In this document: positions 12,261 to 25,855 of the stretch, in pieces
Layout of the letters: each line of letters opens with the position of its first letter
Position numbering within the stretch: the first letter of the stretch is position 1
NCBI RefSeq assembly: GCF_020745735.1
Contig: NW_026867453.1
Location: 248,001-312,000 of the forward strand
Reading direction: 5' to 3'
DNA: 64,000 bases
DNA from: Hemiscyllium ocellatum
Lineage: Eukaryota
Notes under the pieces: model-generated
What the model was told of the DNA's origin: nothing
Database searches by the model: none
The model's input: only the letters and a program-made list of their open reading frames with translations
Program-made: the position numbers and the translations under genes

Positions 12261-14605
12261 TGGTTCCCTCTCATTGACCTTTGCTCTAAGTTAGTCTTTT
12301 CAGAATTATATAGGTCTCATCTAAATTAACCTCCATGTTTGAAGCCCAGCTGCTTCAATCCCCCCTCATCATGAAAAAAGACAGGGGTCATCTTTCTCAC
12401 TGTTTGGTGGCATTGCATTCTGCCTCTAATGCAGTGACTACATTTATAGTCCTTCAGTTCTGTTAAATATTTGTCAAACACAACCACGGCTGTCACAGAA
12501 AAGGTTAAAGACAGGTCAAAACTACATTTAAACTACCATATCAAGCACACTGTCAGCATGTGTTGCATGGAATACACACACATTGCATATTAAAGCTCTC
12601 TCAGTACTCATCCATTAAACACTGCAAGGGTTGTTCAGAGATGATTTGCTTATGTGTGTGCGTATGTCTGTGCCTGTAAATGATAGTCTACTTGTATAAC
12701 AAAGTTTCGATGCATAGTGTTGTTCCCTTTTTATTCTGGTGTCAAGCATTTCAAAATCAGAAAGACAGTGGGTAGGAGTTCAAACCCCTTTACACGGCTA
12801 CATCAAATGTTTTCTGTGATTGTACAGCTCATGTAATGTGCTGGGTAAATCTCCCTCTATATTGTGTTGTCCAATGCAATCATGTCAAATATATTTTCGT
12901 TTAGACACAGAGTAGAGCTGCATCCAGGATTCCCTAAAAAACATCCTCCCAGAGTCGATACAGAATAAATTGACCTCTATAATATTAAACCTTCCATGAG
13001 ATGTGCAGCGTAAGGTTAATTATAGACTAAATATGCATTACATTGAACCATTAAACATTCCTCAGACAAGAATAATAGTGCAGAGATACAATGAAAACAC
13101 TAACACAGTAAAGTCTTGCAGCCTCATTCCTATCAAGCATTTCCAGATCACTCAATGCTCAGACAGATTTTTGAGAAAATCTTGCCCTGACTCAAATCTC
13201 TCGAAAGAAATGGATGAATTTGGCTGAGAGGCAATGTTGGTGAGGTGTTGGCTTCATGTTATGGGGGAAAACATTGTCCGATTGTGGAGAGGCAAAACAA
13301 GGCATCAGAGATAAAGAAAAAAGGGGGAAGGCAGGAGGGGAAGAGAGAAAAAGAGACACAGAAATATTAGCTGTGCCAATGTATCTCTTAATTATAGTTT
13401 TTTGACTAAACATGACAATTGATACCTCTGTCATTCAACAATCATACAACTTATGTATTAAAAAGTCCGAACATCAATTAGTATTGGAATCCATTGAGTT
13501 ATTTGCATTTTTTCCACAATTCGTGTGCTGTGCTTGTGGGGAAATATAAATGAGGGTTTTGTGGTTCTGTAATCTATTCTGAGAATTCTATTTCTGTGTT
13601 TATTTACATAAATGCTTAATTGGCTTCAAGGAAGTGATGTTGGCAGCAAAGCCAGGTGAATGAAGTGATTTGTTGGTAAGTTTCAAATCGAAACAAGTTT
13701 ATTTTAAGAATGTTGACCATTTGCAGAAGTGAATAAAAATTTATGAAGCCGAATTGCAACAGATATTATTTATTTCTGAAAGATAAATAATTTAAAACTT
13801 TTATTTAGGTTAACAATTCAGTGCTGAAAATTCTGCAAATTTAGAATATTTACGTGAAATACAGGAACTGCCGCAACAATTACATTTAATTGATATAGTT
13901 GTTACGAGGTTTCGTTACACGTATTACTTAATGGTAAGGGTCAGCAATGAGTCCCTATCCCCAACTGCCCATTGAATAGCTTGCTAAAGCCACTTCAGAA
14001 CACAGTCAATTACTTCCCAGTGGGTCTGGAATCTCATGTCGGCCAGACCATGTAGATGTGACAGATGCCTTGTCATTCGTGAACCAGCTGTTTTTGTATT
14101 TTTCCATTGACTCGGGTTACATGGTCATCATTTGCCTTCCTTTCTGATTCCAGGATTTCTTTAAATTCAAATTTCACTCAAATGCAAAACGATGATATTC
14201 CAAACCCTGGCCATTCAACATCAAACTGGAGTTCGAGAATACTGGTCTCATGATATCATCACTGTGATCCGAATGTTGGAAATGCACAGAAAGCACAGAA
14301 ATGCAAGAAATCTGACACTTTACATCATGAACAAATATTGGAGTGGAATACTGGCAAGAACTCTCTTGCTGTTCACAGCAACATCTCAGGAGACTTTGCA
14401 TCCAATCACCAATCTAAAATCTGTCTGAAGAGCCTGACTCACCGTCATTTGCATTTGTTGAATTCTTCACTGAATTATGAAAGCGTTAGTCACATATCCC
14501 AAGAAGGTGGTCATCAGCTCCCTTTTTGAGGCCTGCCATCTTGCTCGGCTAATTATGGTTGATCTTTCTTAAGAAGCTTTATTACAACCAAATGGCTTCT
14601 CAGTC

Positions 14606-14823
14606 GAGACTGTGTTGCTGGAAAAGTACAGCAGGTCAGGCAGCGTCCGAGGAGCAGGAGAATCGACGTTTTGGGCATAAGGCCTTTATTAAGATACCTG
14701 ATGTAGTTGTTATGCCTGGAACATTGATTCTCCTGCTCCTTGGATGCTGCCTGACCTGCTGTGCTTTTCCAGCACTACACTCTCAACTCAGATCTCCAGC
14801 ACCTGCAGTCCTCACTTTCTCCT
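14606..14823. mobile_element. Fold-back pair of PLE terminal repeats
   Basis: GTGTTGCTGGAAAAG...GGAGAATC followed by its reverse complement; imperfect flanking duplication GGCTTCTCAGTC/GGTTTCTTAGTC. Confidence 0.75.
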
Positions 14824-15469
14824 GATGGGTTTCTTAGTCAGGTTCGGCACAGGAAAGGAACCATCGCCTTTTTGTTGAACAGGTAGGGCAGGCCAGGTAG
14901 GAAGGTCACACATCCTCCTCTGAAGGGCAATACTGAACCATGTAACATGCTTCAAAACTTTGGTAGGTCTGTGATTATCATTCGTTACTTCAGCAGTTTC
15001 ATTTCATACTCTTTCATTAATTGAAGCTACTATGGTATAGTTTGATTCTGGAACTTTACTCCAAACCTTTCGATTGCTTATTACATGCTCATAATGCCTC
15101 CTTAACCACTTTCTCAAACTGTCATGTTAGCTTCAATGATTTTTTTATTGACTCATGGAACACGGTGGTTGCTTTTAGTTGTTGGTAGGTGTCCTTCAGA
15201 AGATGGCAGAAAGCTGCCTTTCTGAAATAGCATGTTCCAAAATGACCTGAGGAAGGGAATTCCAGATTTTGACCCAGTTACAGTAAAAGATCGATGATAT
15301 ATTTCCATGTCAGGATGCTGAGTAGTTTAGAGAGGAGGTTACAGTGGTGCTGTTCCCATGTATCTGCTGTTCTTATCCATCGAGATGCAAGTGGTAGTGG
15401 GAAGGTACTGTGTAAGGAAGTGGCTAAGTTACTGCAGTGCAGTATTTTAGATAGTGCATACGGCAGGTA

Positions 15470-15561
15470 TGCCTGAAGAAGGGCTTATGCCCGAAACATC
15501 GATTCTCCTGCTCCTTGGATGCTGCCTGACCTGCTGCGCTTTTCTAGCAACACATTTTTCA
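15470..15561 (+). mobile_element. Solo PLE terminal repeat with hammerhead-like core and 14-bp target duplication
   Basis: CUGAAGA-A-GGGC(UUAU)GCCC-GAAA-CAUC; GCATACGGCAGGTA (15456-15469) and GCATATGGCAGGTA (15562-15575). Confidence 0.75.
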
Positions 15562-15569
15562 GCATATGG

Positions 15570-17960
15570 CAGGTACTAAGCATCAGATTTGGAGGCAATG
15601 GACGCTTGTGGATGTGCTGCTGATCAAGTGGGATGCTTTGTCCTGGACAATGTCTGGCTTCTTGAGTGCAGTTGAAGGTGCTCCTGTCCAGTCAAAGGGC
15701 GAGCTGTGCTATTACCCTCCTGACTTCTGTCTCTTAGACAGTCAGTTGGCTTTGCAAGTCAGGAGGGTGAGTTACTCGCTGCAGTATTCCTAGCCTCTGG
15801 CCTGCTCTTACAACCACTGTATTTATATGGAGTGTCCAGCTCAATTTCTAATGAACAATAAAACCCAGGATGTCGATGGTGAGGGATTCCGTGATGGTAA
15901 CACTATTGAATGTCAAGGGGTTTTGGTTAGATTGTCTCTTATTGTCAATGGTCATTGTCTCGCAGGTTTGTGGTGTGAATGCTATTTGCCACTTGTCAGC
16001 TCAAGTCTGGAAATTGTCCAGATTTTGTTGCATTTGAATGTGGACTGAGCAGTCACAAAAAAAATGCTAGATCAATGCAGATTTCACTTCTGACCTTCTG
16101 AGGGAGGGAAAGGCATTGCTGAAGCAGCTGAACATGATTGGGCCAAGGACACTTTCTTTAGGAACTCCAACAGAGATTTGCTTTGGCTGAGACGACTGCC
16201 CTCTAACAAGCAGAGCCACCTTCCAATGTGTGAGGTCTGACTGCAGGCAGCAGGGAGGTTGTCACCTGATACCCATTGAATCCAGTTTTGCTAGGACTCC
16301 ATAATATCACACTCTGTCAAATGTGACCTTAATGTGAAGGGCTGTCACTCTTCCCTCATTTCTGGAATTCAGTTCTTTGTCCATGTTTAAATCAACTCGG
16401 AGAAAGTGAGGACCGCAGATGCTGGAGATCAGAGCTTAAAAATGTGTTGCTGGAAAAGCGCAGCAGGTCAGGCAGCATCAAAGGAGCAGGAGAATCAAAG
16501 TTTCGGGCATAAGCCCTTCTTCAGGAATCAGGCTTCAGAAGGGCTTATTTATGTCCAAAACGTCGATTCTCCTGCTCCTTTGATGCTGCCTGACCTGCTG
16601 CGCTTTTCCAGCAACACATTTTTAAGCCATGTTTAAATCAAGTCTGTAATTCAGTCATGAGCTGAGTAGGCCTTGCGTAACCCACATTTTATGTCACTGA
16701 GCAGGTTATTACTGAGCTAGTGCTGCTTGATAGCACTGTTGAAAGCACCTTCCTACACCTAACTCATGATTGAGCATGGACTGATGGAGCAGTAATTCGC
16801 CACGGTGGTTTGACCTATTTTCTGTGCACAGGACATGCCTGGCCTATTTTCCACATTGTCCATGCCAGTATTGTAGCTGTACTGGGAGTGCTTGGCTAGC
16901 ACAAGTCAGCAGTATTATTGCCAGAATTTTGTCAGGCTCCATAGCATTTGCAGTAACCAGTGCCCCCCGCCCAACAGTGCCTTGATTTCACATGGAGAGA
17001 AGCGAATTCCCTGAAGACAGGTATCTGTAATATTGGTGATCTATAGAAGATGCCGAGATGGATCAGACAATTGGCACTTCTGGCTGACGATTGCTGTGAA
17101 TGCTTCAACCTTAACTTTTGCGCTGATGTGTTGTGCTCTCCAAAGCAGAGCAAGGGGATATCTGTGGAGCTTATTCCTTCAATGAGTTGTTTAATTATCA
17201 ACTTTAGTTCATGACTTGATGTGGCAGCACTGCAGGCTCAGACCCCAGTTTCCTAAAGTAATGGTCTAGCCACAATATCTCCAGACTATAGCTCCAACCC
17301 CCACTCCATGATGTGGATATGCACAACAGAAGATCGCTTATCCTTTGTATTTGTAGATTCCAACAATGCATCGTATATTCACTTCATTTGTTAGTCTTGA
17401 AAATGCTTTACTTCACAGACTTTAGGATATAATGTTCTGTTTTCAATTCTTCTCTCCAACAGGCAAGGTCATCGATGTCACACTGGCTTTCCTCCTCATT
17501 AATTGCAAAACCAAACGTTTTTCACCTCATCTTTGAACTTACTGATCAAAATTGCTACATTCTTGACTAGATCGTTCATATACGCTGCAAACAGCAAAGG
17601 ATCCAGCACCAAGTCGTATAGTAAGCCACTGGACACAAGATGTCTTCACAATGACTACCTTCGACCATTACCTTCTGCCAACAAATAAACCTTCGATGCA
17701 TTTGCCAAACTGCACCAGATCCCATGAACCCTTAGTATATTGAAGATGCAAGATCTGGTCAAAAACCTGATTGAAGTCAAGAAGCATCACATCCACTTTT
17801 TACACCCGATGGCACATCTCATTGCCTCTGCGGAAAACAGAATCAACCACTTCCCAGATGGTCTCACTTCCAACAAAGCCCTGCTGAATTTTATTGCTTA
17901 AACCTTACAATTCCAACTTTTAATGAATGCTGTCTCTTAGATTTATTTATTACCTTCCCT
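15570..17960 (-). mobile_element. Old LINE remnants (CR1/L2 clade)
   Basis: Degenerate minus-strand RT-like sequence near 17700-17900; no intact ORF. Confidence 0.5.
16396..16626. mobile_element. Fold-back PLE terminal-repeat pair with perfect 15-bp target duplication
   Basis: CCATGTTTAAATCAA at 16381-16395 and 16627-16641; inverted arms with back-to-back hammerhead-like cores. Confidence 0.85.
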
Positions 17961-19089
17961 CAAGCTTTCTACTTTTAAACATAGGTTTATGAGCGAAACT
18001 ACATATTGTCATTTCGCTCCTTTCACCCGATGATATCTCTTCTTATCTCTCTGACAGATAATTTACTCTAGCTGAAATAATCTCTTCTGCTTCATTCTGG
18101 AAAACGGGAATGGAATTGAATACAATGTTGAGACCAACAGCAAACTGTCCGTTTGTTCTTGACACTGTCAGTGTGTGTTCACCCTCAGAGGTAGGAAGAC
18201 TGTTTGTGCTGATAATACGGAAAGTAGCGCCTGATGTATCATTCTCAGCTGGCGCGCAACTTCCTGTTTCTATGTGCCAGCAGCAAGCCACACATCTCAC
18301 TTCTGATCAGAAAATAAACCCAGGGGATACAATCTGGCAGAAACATCTGCCAATGTGGCCTAGATCAGGACACAGAGTGTGAAGTGATCACATTGAAGTG
18401 ACATTTGCAAATCGACCTTTCGATCTCTATTTCACGGTCTGATTCCAGGATGTTGTTGGACGAGTCTCTCAACTATCTAACAAGCTCATTCGATTCACTA
18501 ACGTCTGGAACACATTGACATGCACCTTTCCATGTCTTTGATCTTGTACTACTTGTTACTCTCTCTTCAGATTTAATGTTCCCAGCTTTTGATTCTGTCT
18601 TCTGTATCCATCACCTTCCCACCCAAATACATTCTGTTTGATCTATTTCCTAAATTTTGATCAACTAAACAAATAATACAGTTTAGTACAGACAGGTATG
18701 TTGGTGTGTCCGATTAACAGAATCAATTTATGGAGAGATCACCTTGGCTGTATCTAAATCTGACCAACATTGAATTCAAATAAACCACAGCACTGTGTGG
18801 TTTCAAACCTTGCAAATCTTCTCTCTTTGATAGAGCTTGTTCTAACAGTTAATTCTTGTCTTGATTATTTCAGAAACTATAACTAAAAATTCCTATTTTT
18901 AACCAAGTTTCAAATATTATTAAAAGTTGCAGCACTGGCATTTCCTACAGTGAGCTTTGTGGTGTTTAAATGTTCTGGTCAAAATTTGCTTCAAGCAGAA
19001 GACTGAACCATTGGTTTCTCCGAGTTCCCAGCCACTGCCCTTGCAGTTCCATAATAACTGCAAGCTATTGATAAGCCCCAGAATGAACA

Positions 19090-20245
19090 GAATGTCCAGG
19101 CCCTGTACACATCCAAACGCCATGATGGAGGCCTCGAAGCCCTCAGTTTCTTCCTGTCACGCCAACCCAAGCAGTACATGCTCAACCTCAACTGCATTTC
19201 CTTTCAATCCTCCCACTTCCTCCAAACCAAAGGGGTAGCCATGGACCCCAGCTATGCCTGCCTCTTCGTCAGATATGTGGAACAGTCAATCTTCCACAGC
19301 TACACCGGTATCATTGCCCACCTTTACCACCGCTACATTGATGACTGTATCAATGCCACCTCATGCAACCACTAGGAGGTTGAACAGTTCATTAACTTTA
19401 CGAAAACCTTCCACCCTGACCTAAACTTTACAGGGACCATCTCGGACACCTCCCTCCCTTTCCTAGACCTCTCCATCTCTATCTCCAGTGACCAACTAAA
19501 CATTTACTACAAGCCCACTGACTCCCACAGCTACCTGGACTACACCTCCTCCCACCCGACCTCAGGTAAAAATGCCATCCTTTATTCTCAATTCCTCTGC
19601 CTCCACCGCATCTGCTCCCAGGAGGTCCAGTTCCACCATAAAACATCCCAGATCCTTTATCAAAGAATGCAATTTCCCCTCCCACGTGGTCGATGATGCC
19701 TTGAACCCCATCCCTCCAATCGCAACAGGGAGCCCTCCTGGTCCTCATCTTCCACCGCACCAACCTTGCATACATCATATCATCCTCTGCTGCTTCCACC
19801 ACTGTAAACAGACCCCATCACTCAGGGTATATTTCCCTCCCTACACCTATCTGCATTCCGGAGACACCATTCCCTCCACGACTCCCTCGTCAGGTCCATG
19901 CCCCCCACCAGCCCACTCCCCACCCCTGTCACCTTCCCCTGTCACCACAGGAAGTGCAAAACCTGCGCCCACACCTCCCCCTCACCTCCGACAAGGCCCC
20001 AAATGATCCTTCCACATCCCACAGAAACTTATCTATACTTCCACAAATGTCATCCACTGTGTCTGTTCCACCCGATGTGGTCTCCTCTGCATCAGGGAGA
20101 CAGGACACTAACTTGCGGATCATTTCAGAGAACATCTCTGGGACACCCGTGCCAACCAACCCCACGGCCCCGTGGCTGAACACTTTAACTCCCCCTCCCA
20201 CTCCACCAAGAACAGCCGGTCATATTCCTGTTCAATTCCAATGAA
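19090..20245 (+). mobile_element. Decayed Penelope-like element (RT and GIY-YIG), same family as 1-1664
   Basis: AMDPSYACLFVRYVEQSIF and collinear similarity to 30-1200. Confidence 0.85.
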
Positions 20246-20753
20246 TAAATACAAAATAACCGAGTCTGAATTTGGGATGATATTAATAGGATTTATTTCA
20301 ATCTAAGCATGAACAGATTATTTTGACTTAACAGGTGGAGAGATTCACTTCCTGAAAAAGCAGCTCAAGTGATATAAGCTGGCACCAAACCGAGTTTGGT
20401 CAATACTGAGGCAAAAGTACAGCATCCAGTCTTGAGTGAAATAAATAAAGAAACTATCTTAACCCCGGAACAAGATAGAGTGTATTAAATATGAACAAAG
20501 ACTCGAGTATTTTAGGATATAATAGAAAAGTAATTTATAGTATATTGAAATGCAAACAGAGATGTGAAGTCTCTACATTCTTCCTAGCTAAATTAATCAT
20601 TTCAGAAATGCCTTTGTTAATTTTCATGTATCACTCGTCGGTCCATTCCACGAACCTTGCTAGGTCCTTGTTAAATTCTGAACCATCAGGCGATGGTTCA
20701 CAGTGGTTGCGAGTTTCATGTTACAGCAAATTGTGATGTCGTCCACTGTATGC

Positions 20754-21333
20754 CAATGTCTTAGTTAAAAATTTGAAGCAATCACAGCTCCAAACATTTA
20801 CAAAATATCACTATGGATCTTCCTTGAGTCCAAAAAAAATCCCTTTGATCAATGATTTCTAAAATTTGTTCCCATATCTTTTTTTGAAGGACGTTTTCAA
20901 ATAACTTGAAGTGCAAATGGTTCACATCAGTCGGAATACAGTAACATTTCATGTGTTACCCCACACAAAAAAAATCAAGCAATTTTGTTATCACGAGTTG
21001 TTCTAAGCAAGTCTAGGATGGACTGTTTTATCAAACAAAATCATTTCCAACGTTGTGAGGGCTCGTCTATCTTCTGTGCAATGGTCTGAATTTTGTATCT
21101 GAATGCAGATGTAACTGGCTGCTCTGGGTAAAAGTACAGTTTGTGCCTTTCACATTGTTAATGTATATTGCTGACTTTAGTTGAATAAAGTGATGTTGTC
21201 CCAGGCATCGTCTGGCACCATTAATTAGACCATTAATTTCCACATTGCTAGCTGGAGAGTCAGGTGGAGTTTATTAATATCATTGAACCGAAGGCTTGGA
21301 ATATTTCCGGTATGAATCATGTGAATTAGAGCC
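20754..21333 (+). repeat. Arm 1 of ~590-bp inverted duplication
   Basis: Reverse complement of 22981-23575; 21161-21240 matches at 78/80. Confidence 0.9.
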
Positions 21334-22980
21334 TCTGAATGAGACAAAGTAGGAAAGATGAATTGAGGAAAGATGAAGTTTTCACGACAGAGAGAGATCA
21401 CTTCGCCCATCACACCTGTATCATGTGAAAACAGAACCTTCCAGCCAACACCCACTTTATAGCATGTTGTCCATAACCCTGCAGGTGATAGCACTTGAAG
21501 TAAACATTCGGGAACATTGTGTAGGGTCTAATCCATTATCAACATAGATATGATCTCCAATGCTGTAAATCCTGGCTTATGGGGAAAAAAGTAGGGGCAG
21601 AACGCCCATTTCTAAACGTTGTTTCTCAGGACGTTTTGACAATTCTTGACTTAATATCATTGTAAACTGACATGAAAAAAATGCAGACATGTTCCCCAGA
21701 AATGCTGACAGCAACATACCTTTACTCAGTCAAGATCAGCAAGATGAATTAAGAAAGTTTTAAAAAATCTTTCTTTTAACTGATTATTGGCAACACGGAT
21801 TTCACAAAGTGAAAAGTACAGAAGGGAAGGGTGGAGGGCTGGGTGTGGACAATGTTCACTTGTGAGAAACAAAGCTCACACACTTCAATAATTTCAGTTC
21901 GAGACAAAATCTGAATCAGTGGTGCCCTTTACTTTACTCTTGCAAGATGGTGTGATGTCCATGTCCACAAGGCAGGGACACACACACTGAATTCAACTAA
22001 TACACAATATTTATGTAATTTGGTTTCTATTTTTTTATTTCATTGCTCCTCCCCTGTTTACATCTTCCACTTCCCTAAGACCGGCGCCCATTACTCCTGT
22101 TTATCTCTTGCCTTATCCAGCCTTGTCTGTGACAAAATGCTTATTTCTGGCCTCACAAGGCTGTTTGACCTCATCCCGCTGTGGGTCATTGTTAGGCATA
22201 TCCTTTCTTCACTATTATCTATTCCCTCCATCTGTGCCTTCCCCTACCATACTGATCCTTATGACCCTTTTAATTGGGGTTTGTTCCTGTGTTTCAGTAA
22301 AAGTGGGAAACAGATGTTTATACCTATTGTTTGTACAGGCGTATCTAGCTTAACTCCCTCCCCTCACAGCATCTTATCTATTCGTCTGTAATATCTACCA
22401 TTGTTTTGCAGTCACGTTTCATTCTTGCATACAATTTTAGTGAATACAAAAACAATTATGTATTTCCTCCACATCATTTCCATTCTTGTTGACTCAGCTC
22501 TTGGCTGAAACAATTACACACTGGTGTGAGTTCATTTACTTTGTATAAGTAATTATAATTGCAGAAGTAACACTACTTTACCTATATCCCACACACTGTT
22601 CCCTGATGTCTGGTTGCATTTGTGAGCAACAGGTGAACCTGCGAACCAGATTCAGGATGGTACTGCAGGTATTTCAGCAGATACTGTGTAAACGGAATTC
22701 TCCCATAAATCAGCAATGACATGAACATTTATTTTTTATGGTGTTTGAAGCCAAATAAAATTGAACAATATGCTGGGACAAGTTCCTTTCATTTCTTTGA
22801 ACTAGTATCAAGGGACACTCTCTGTGGACCTGGGGTGGCAGGAGGATCTTTAACAGCAGAATGTGAGGGAACAAAGTTACCGTTGGAAATCCAGATAGAC
22901 TGGAACTTGTTTCACTGGAGGGTGAGAGTTCGGGGGGTGACCTCATATAAGTTTATAAAGCCATGAGTGGAAAGGTGAAT

Positions 22981-23575
22981 GGCTCTAATTTACATGATTC
23001 ATCCTGGAAATGTACGAAGCTTTCGTTTCAAAAATATCACATATCAATAAACTCCACCTGATCCTCTGGCGAGCGATGTGGAAATTAATGGTCTAATTAA
23101 TGGTGCCAGACGATGCCTGGGGCAACATCCCTTTATTCAACTAAAGTCAGCAATATACATTAACAATGTGAAAGGCGCAAACTGTACTTTTACCCAGAGC
23201 AGCCAGTTTCATCTGCAGTCAGACACAACTTCAAAATTCAGACCATTGCACAGAAGATAGACAAGCCCTCACAACACTGGAAATGATTTTGTTTGATAAA
23301 AGAATTCATCGTAGACTTCCTCAGAGCAACTCATGTCAACAAACTTGTTTTTTATGTGTGTGGGGTCACACACGAAATGTCACTTTAATACGATTGATGT
23401 GAACCACTTGCATTTCAGAAGTTATTTGAAAACGTCCATCACATTAGATACGCGAATAAATTTTACAAATCATTGATCAAAGGAGACAATCTTTTTTGGA
23501 CTCAAGGAAGATCCATAGTAATATTTTGTAAATGTTTGGAGCTGGGATTGTTTTCAATTTTTGACCCAGACATTG
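22981..23575 (-). repeat. Arm 2 of inverted duplication, interrupting a CR1 3' fragment
   Basis: CR1 sequence (...AAAGGTGAAT | TCGTATTTTCCCT...) continues on both sides of the arm. Confidence 0.85.
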
Positions 23576-25039
23576 TCGTATTTTCCCTATGGTGGGGGAT
23601 TTCAACAATAGGGAACATGTTTTACAATGAGAGGAGAAAAATTTTTAAAACGATATCAGAGACAACTTTTTACACAGAGAATGGTTTGTGTGTGGGATGA
23701 TCTGGTGGTGGATACTTACAACCTATAGAAGACATTTGGATAAGTAAATGAATATCAAATGTTTGGAAGGATATGGGCCAAGTACACGCAGGTGGGATTA
23801 GTTTAGTTTGGGATTATGACTGGCATGGACTGGTTGGACTGAAGTGTCTGTTTCCATGCTGAATCACTCCATGACTCTATGACTATTTATCAATTTTTCT
23901 CAATATTAAACAGTGCTGCAGTGATCCTCGAATGAACTGTTGATGTTTAGGTTGTGTCTGAGACTCTGCGAATATTTCCTTCAATGAGAGGAGGGACTAG
24001 TTCTCCAAGTTTCACAACTGAAAAATAAACTTTTCTCCAGTATTGTTGCTGAGTAGATTTGTTTCTGCAGAGGCAGTGGTTATGGTCTGCAGTTTGCTTT
24101 CCACCAACTGGTCACCAGTGAGACAAAATATCTTTGATCCCCTGCAGAAACTCCACCTGCTTCCAGTAAATGAACCTGGAAACTCAAGGACCTTTTCTGC
24201 AGTCAGCTTAATTGCTGCCAACGATTGTATCTGGCCGATTAAAGGGAAAATGAATCAACTAAAGTAAAATCATACCAAACAAACTATATTTTCCCATTTA
24301 CTCACAATGGATACATTTCACTTGGCATTTCTTCTTTAAAAAGGAAAGTCACTGAATACAGCATTCACTGTATGACTATCAGAATCAGGACATTGAATGC
24401 AGTGACATTCTGGTTAGTTCAGCCTGTTTATTGAGTATCTTTAAAGCTCCTGAATATGAAGTTAATGGATCCAAAATCCCACATTGCAGTAACATTTGTT
24501 ATCATCTCAAAGTAAATTAACAAACTTGAATTGGTTCAAACTCACATCACTTGGTACACCATTCTCTGATTCATTTATCTCATTAAAACTGAGTGGGCCC
24601 TTTATACATGGTTAACACTGGTGTCGTGTAACAGCGAATTTCTGCTTATTTTTATGAGTTAACTGCCCCTGTCAGAGCTATCAGTGAGCAGAGAAATGTA
24701 CTGTTTATAACCTACATTCGTGGTAATGATTATTGTAATACTCTCTAATTTAACCAAACACTCCTGATGTACCCAGACAGTTACCTGCAATGGTTTAGAT
24801 GTTGAGGATTTTTTAAAAAAAGTATGGACTGTCCTGTTCTAGTTCATTAGATGCTCTTTCAAAAGTTTACCTAGGTGTTATGTAGCACTGCCAACTCACT
24901 TTTTGTTTCTCAGGCACACAGCTTTCCTTTACTATGCATTTTAAAAAATTTGAAAAAAAAGATGCAAGGAGAGACATTCTGCAATGTCAGGAGGTGCTTC
25001 TAATCTCCGGGTCCAAACTGTTTAGTGATATCCACTCAC

Positions 25040-25495
25040 ATTCTGAACATAATCACTTTAGTCCTGCTCCATATTAGGTTGCCTAAATGGAATTTAGAAA
25101 CGCAGATTAGAAATGGGATGTTATTTTGTAAAGTGAGAGAGACGTTGAGTGACAGCAAAAATAAAGTCACTCATTTTGTTGGTTAATAATATGATTGAAG
25201 TTCTTTTTAGCTTTATCTGCTTGTGGTGGAATGTAGAATTAAAGGGAGTTAACTTCTAATTGAATATTCTGAATATAATCACTTTGGACACGCTCTGTAT
25301 TCAGTTGCCTAAATTGAATTTTGAAATGTTTAGTATGAATTACATGTTATTTTGTAGTGGGACAGAGACTGGCAGTGTCCTGGGAAATAAAAACTCAATT
25401 GTTTTACTAGCTAGTAATACGTTTGAACTTCGATTTTAGTTTTATCTGTTTGTGAATGAATGTAGAAATAAAGGGAGCTAACTTCCGAATGAATT
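25040..25495 (+). repeat. Diverged tandem duplication, ~226-bp unit, upstream of VH promoter
   Basis: Units begin ATTCTGAA(C/T)ATAATCACTTT at 25040 and 25266; both end ...GAATGTAGAA(T/A)TAAAGGGAG(T/C)TAACTTC. Confidence 0.85.
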
Positions 25496-25714
25496 TATTT
25501 TAAAGCAAAATACTTGCAACTATCATGTGAAATAGACCTGAAGGTACTCAATTTTACTTCCACCATTTAAAAAAAACACTCCCAAAGAAGCTATTCAGCA
25601 AAATAAATATCCCAAGATGTGTATATATCCATGTTTAAGCATAACCTGGTAAAGATATGCACCCATGTGTTGGGGCTGTGCAAGCTGAGACCAGGATCCA
25701 GTCTCAGTCTCCAG

Positions 25715-25770
25715 CAGGAAACCAACAGGCGGAAGCTGTGAGCCTGCCCTTTCCGATAGCCATATAAATC
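25715..25770 (+). promoter_or_regulatory. Probable VH promoter: TATA box and GGAA (Ets-like) cores, no octamer
   Basis: TATAAA at 25763-25768, ~90 bp before the ATG; no ATGCAAAT/ATTTGCAT in the 300 bp upstream, consistent with shark IgH promoters. Confidence 0.55.
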
Positions 25771-25855
25771 CTAGGCACTGGACCGTAATTCAACACTCCG
25801 GGATCGGCTTTGTTTAGAAAGATCTTGACAGAACCGCTTCCCAGAAGTTATCAGA

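Noticed and set aside
13501-14454. Perfect octamers ATTTGCAT at 13501 and 14447
   Set aside because: They are over 11 kb from VH, isolated in AT-rich DNA, and at roughly chance frequency
18043-18300. Minus-strand ORF with possible splice sites
   Set aside because: No recognisable domain and no partner exons found
20699-23575. RAG/Transib-like transposon with RSS-type terminal repeats
   Set aside because: CACAGTG at 20699 has no nonamer at 12 or 23 bp; there is no transposase in the spacer and no target duplication; arm 2 is an insertion within a LINE
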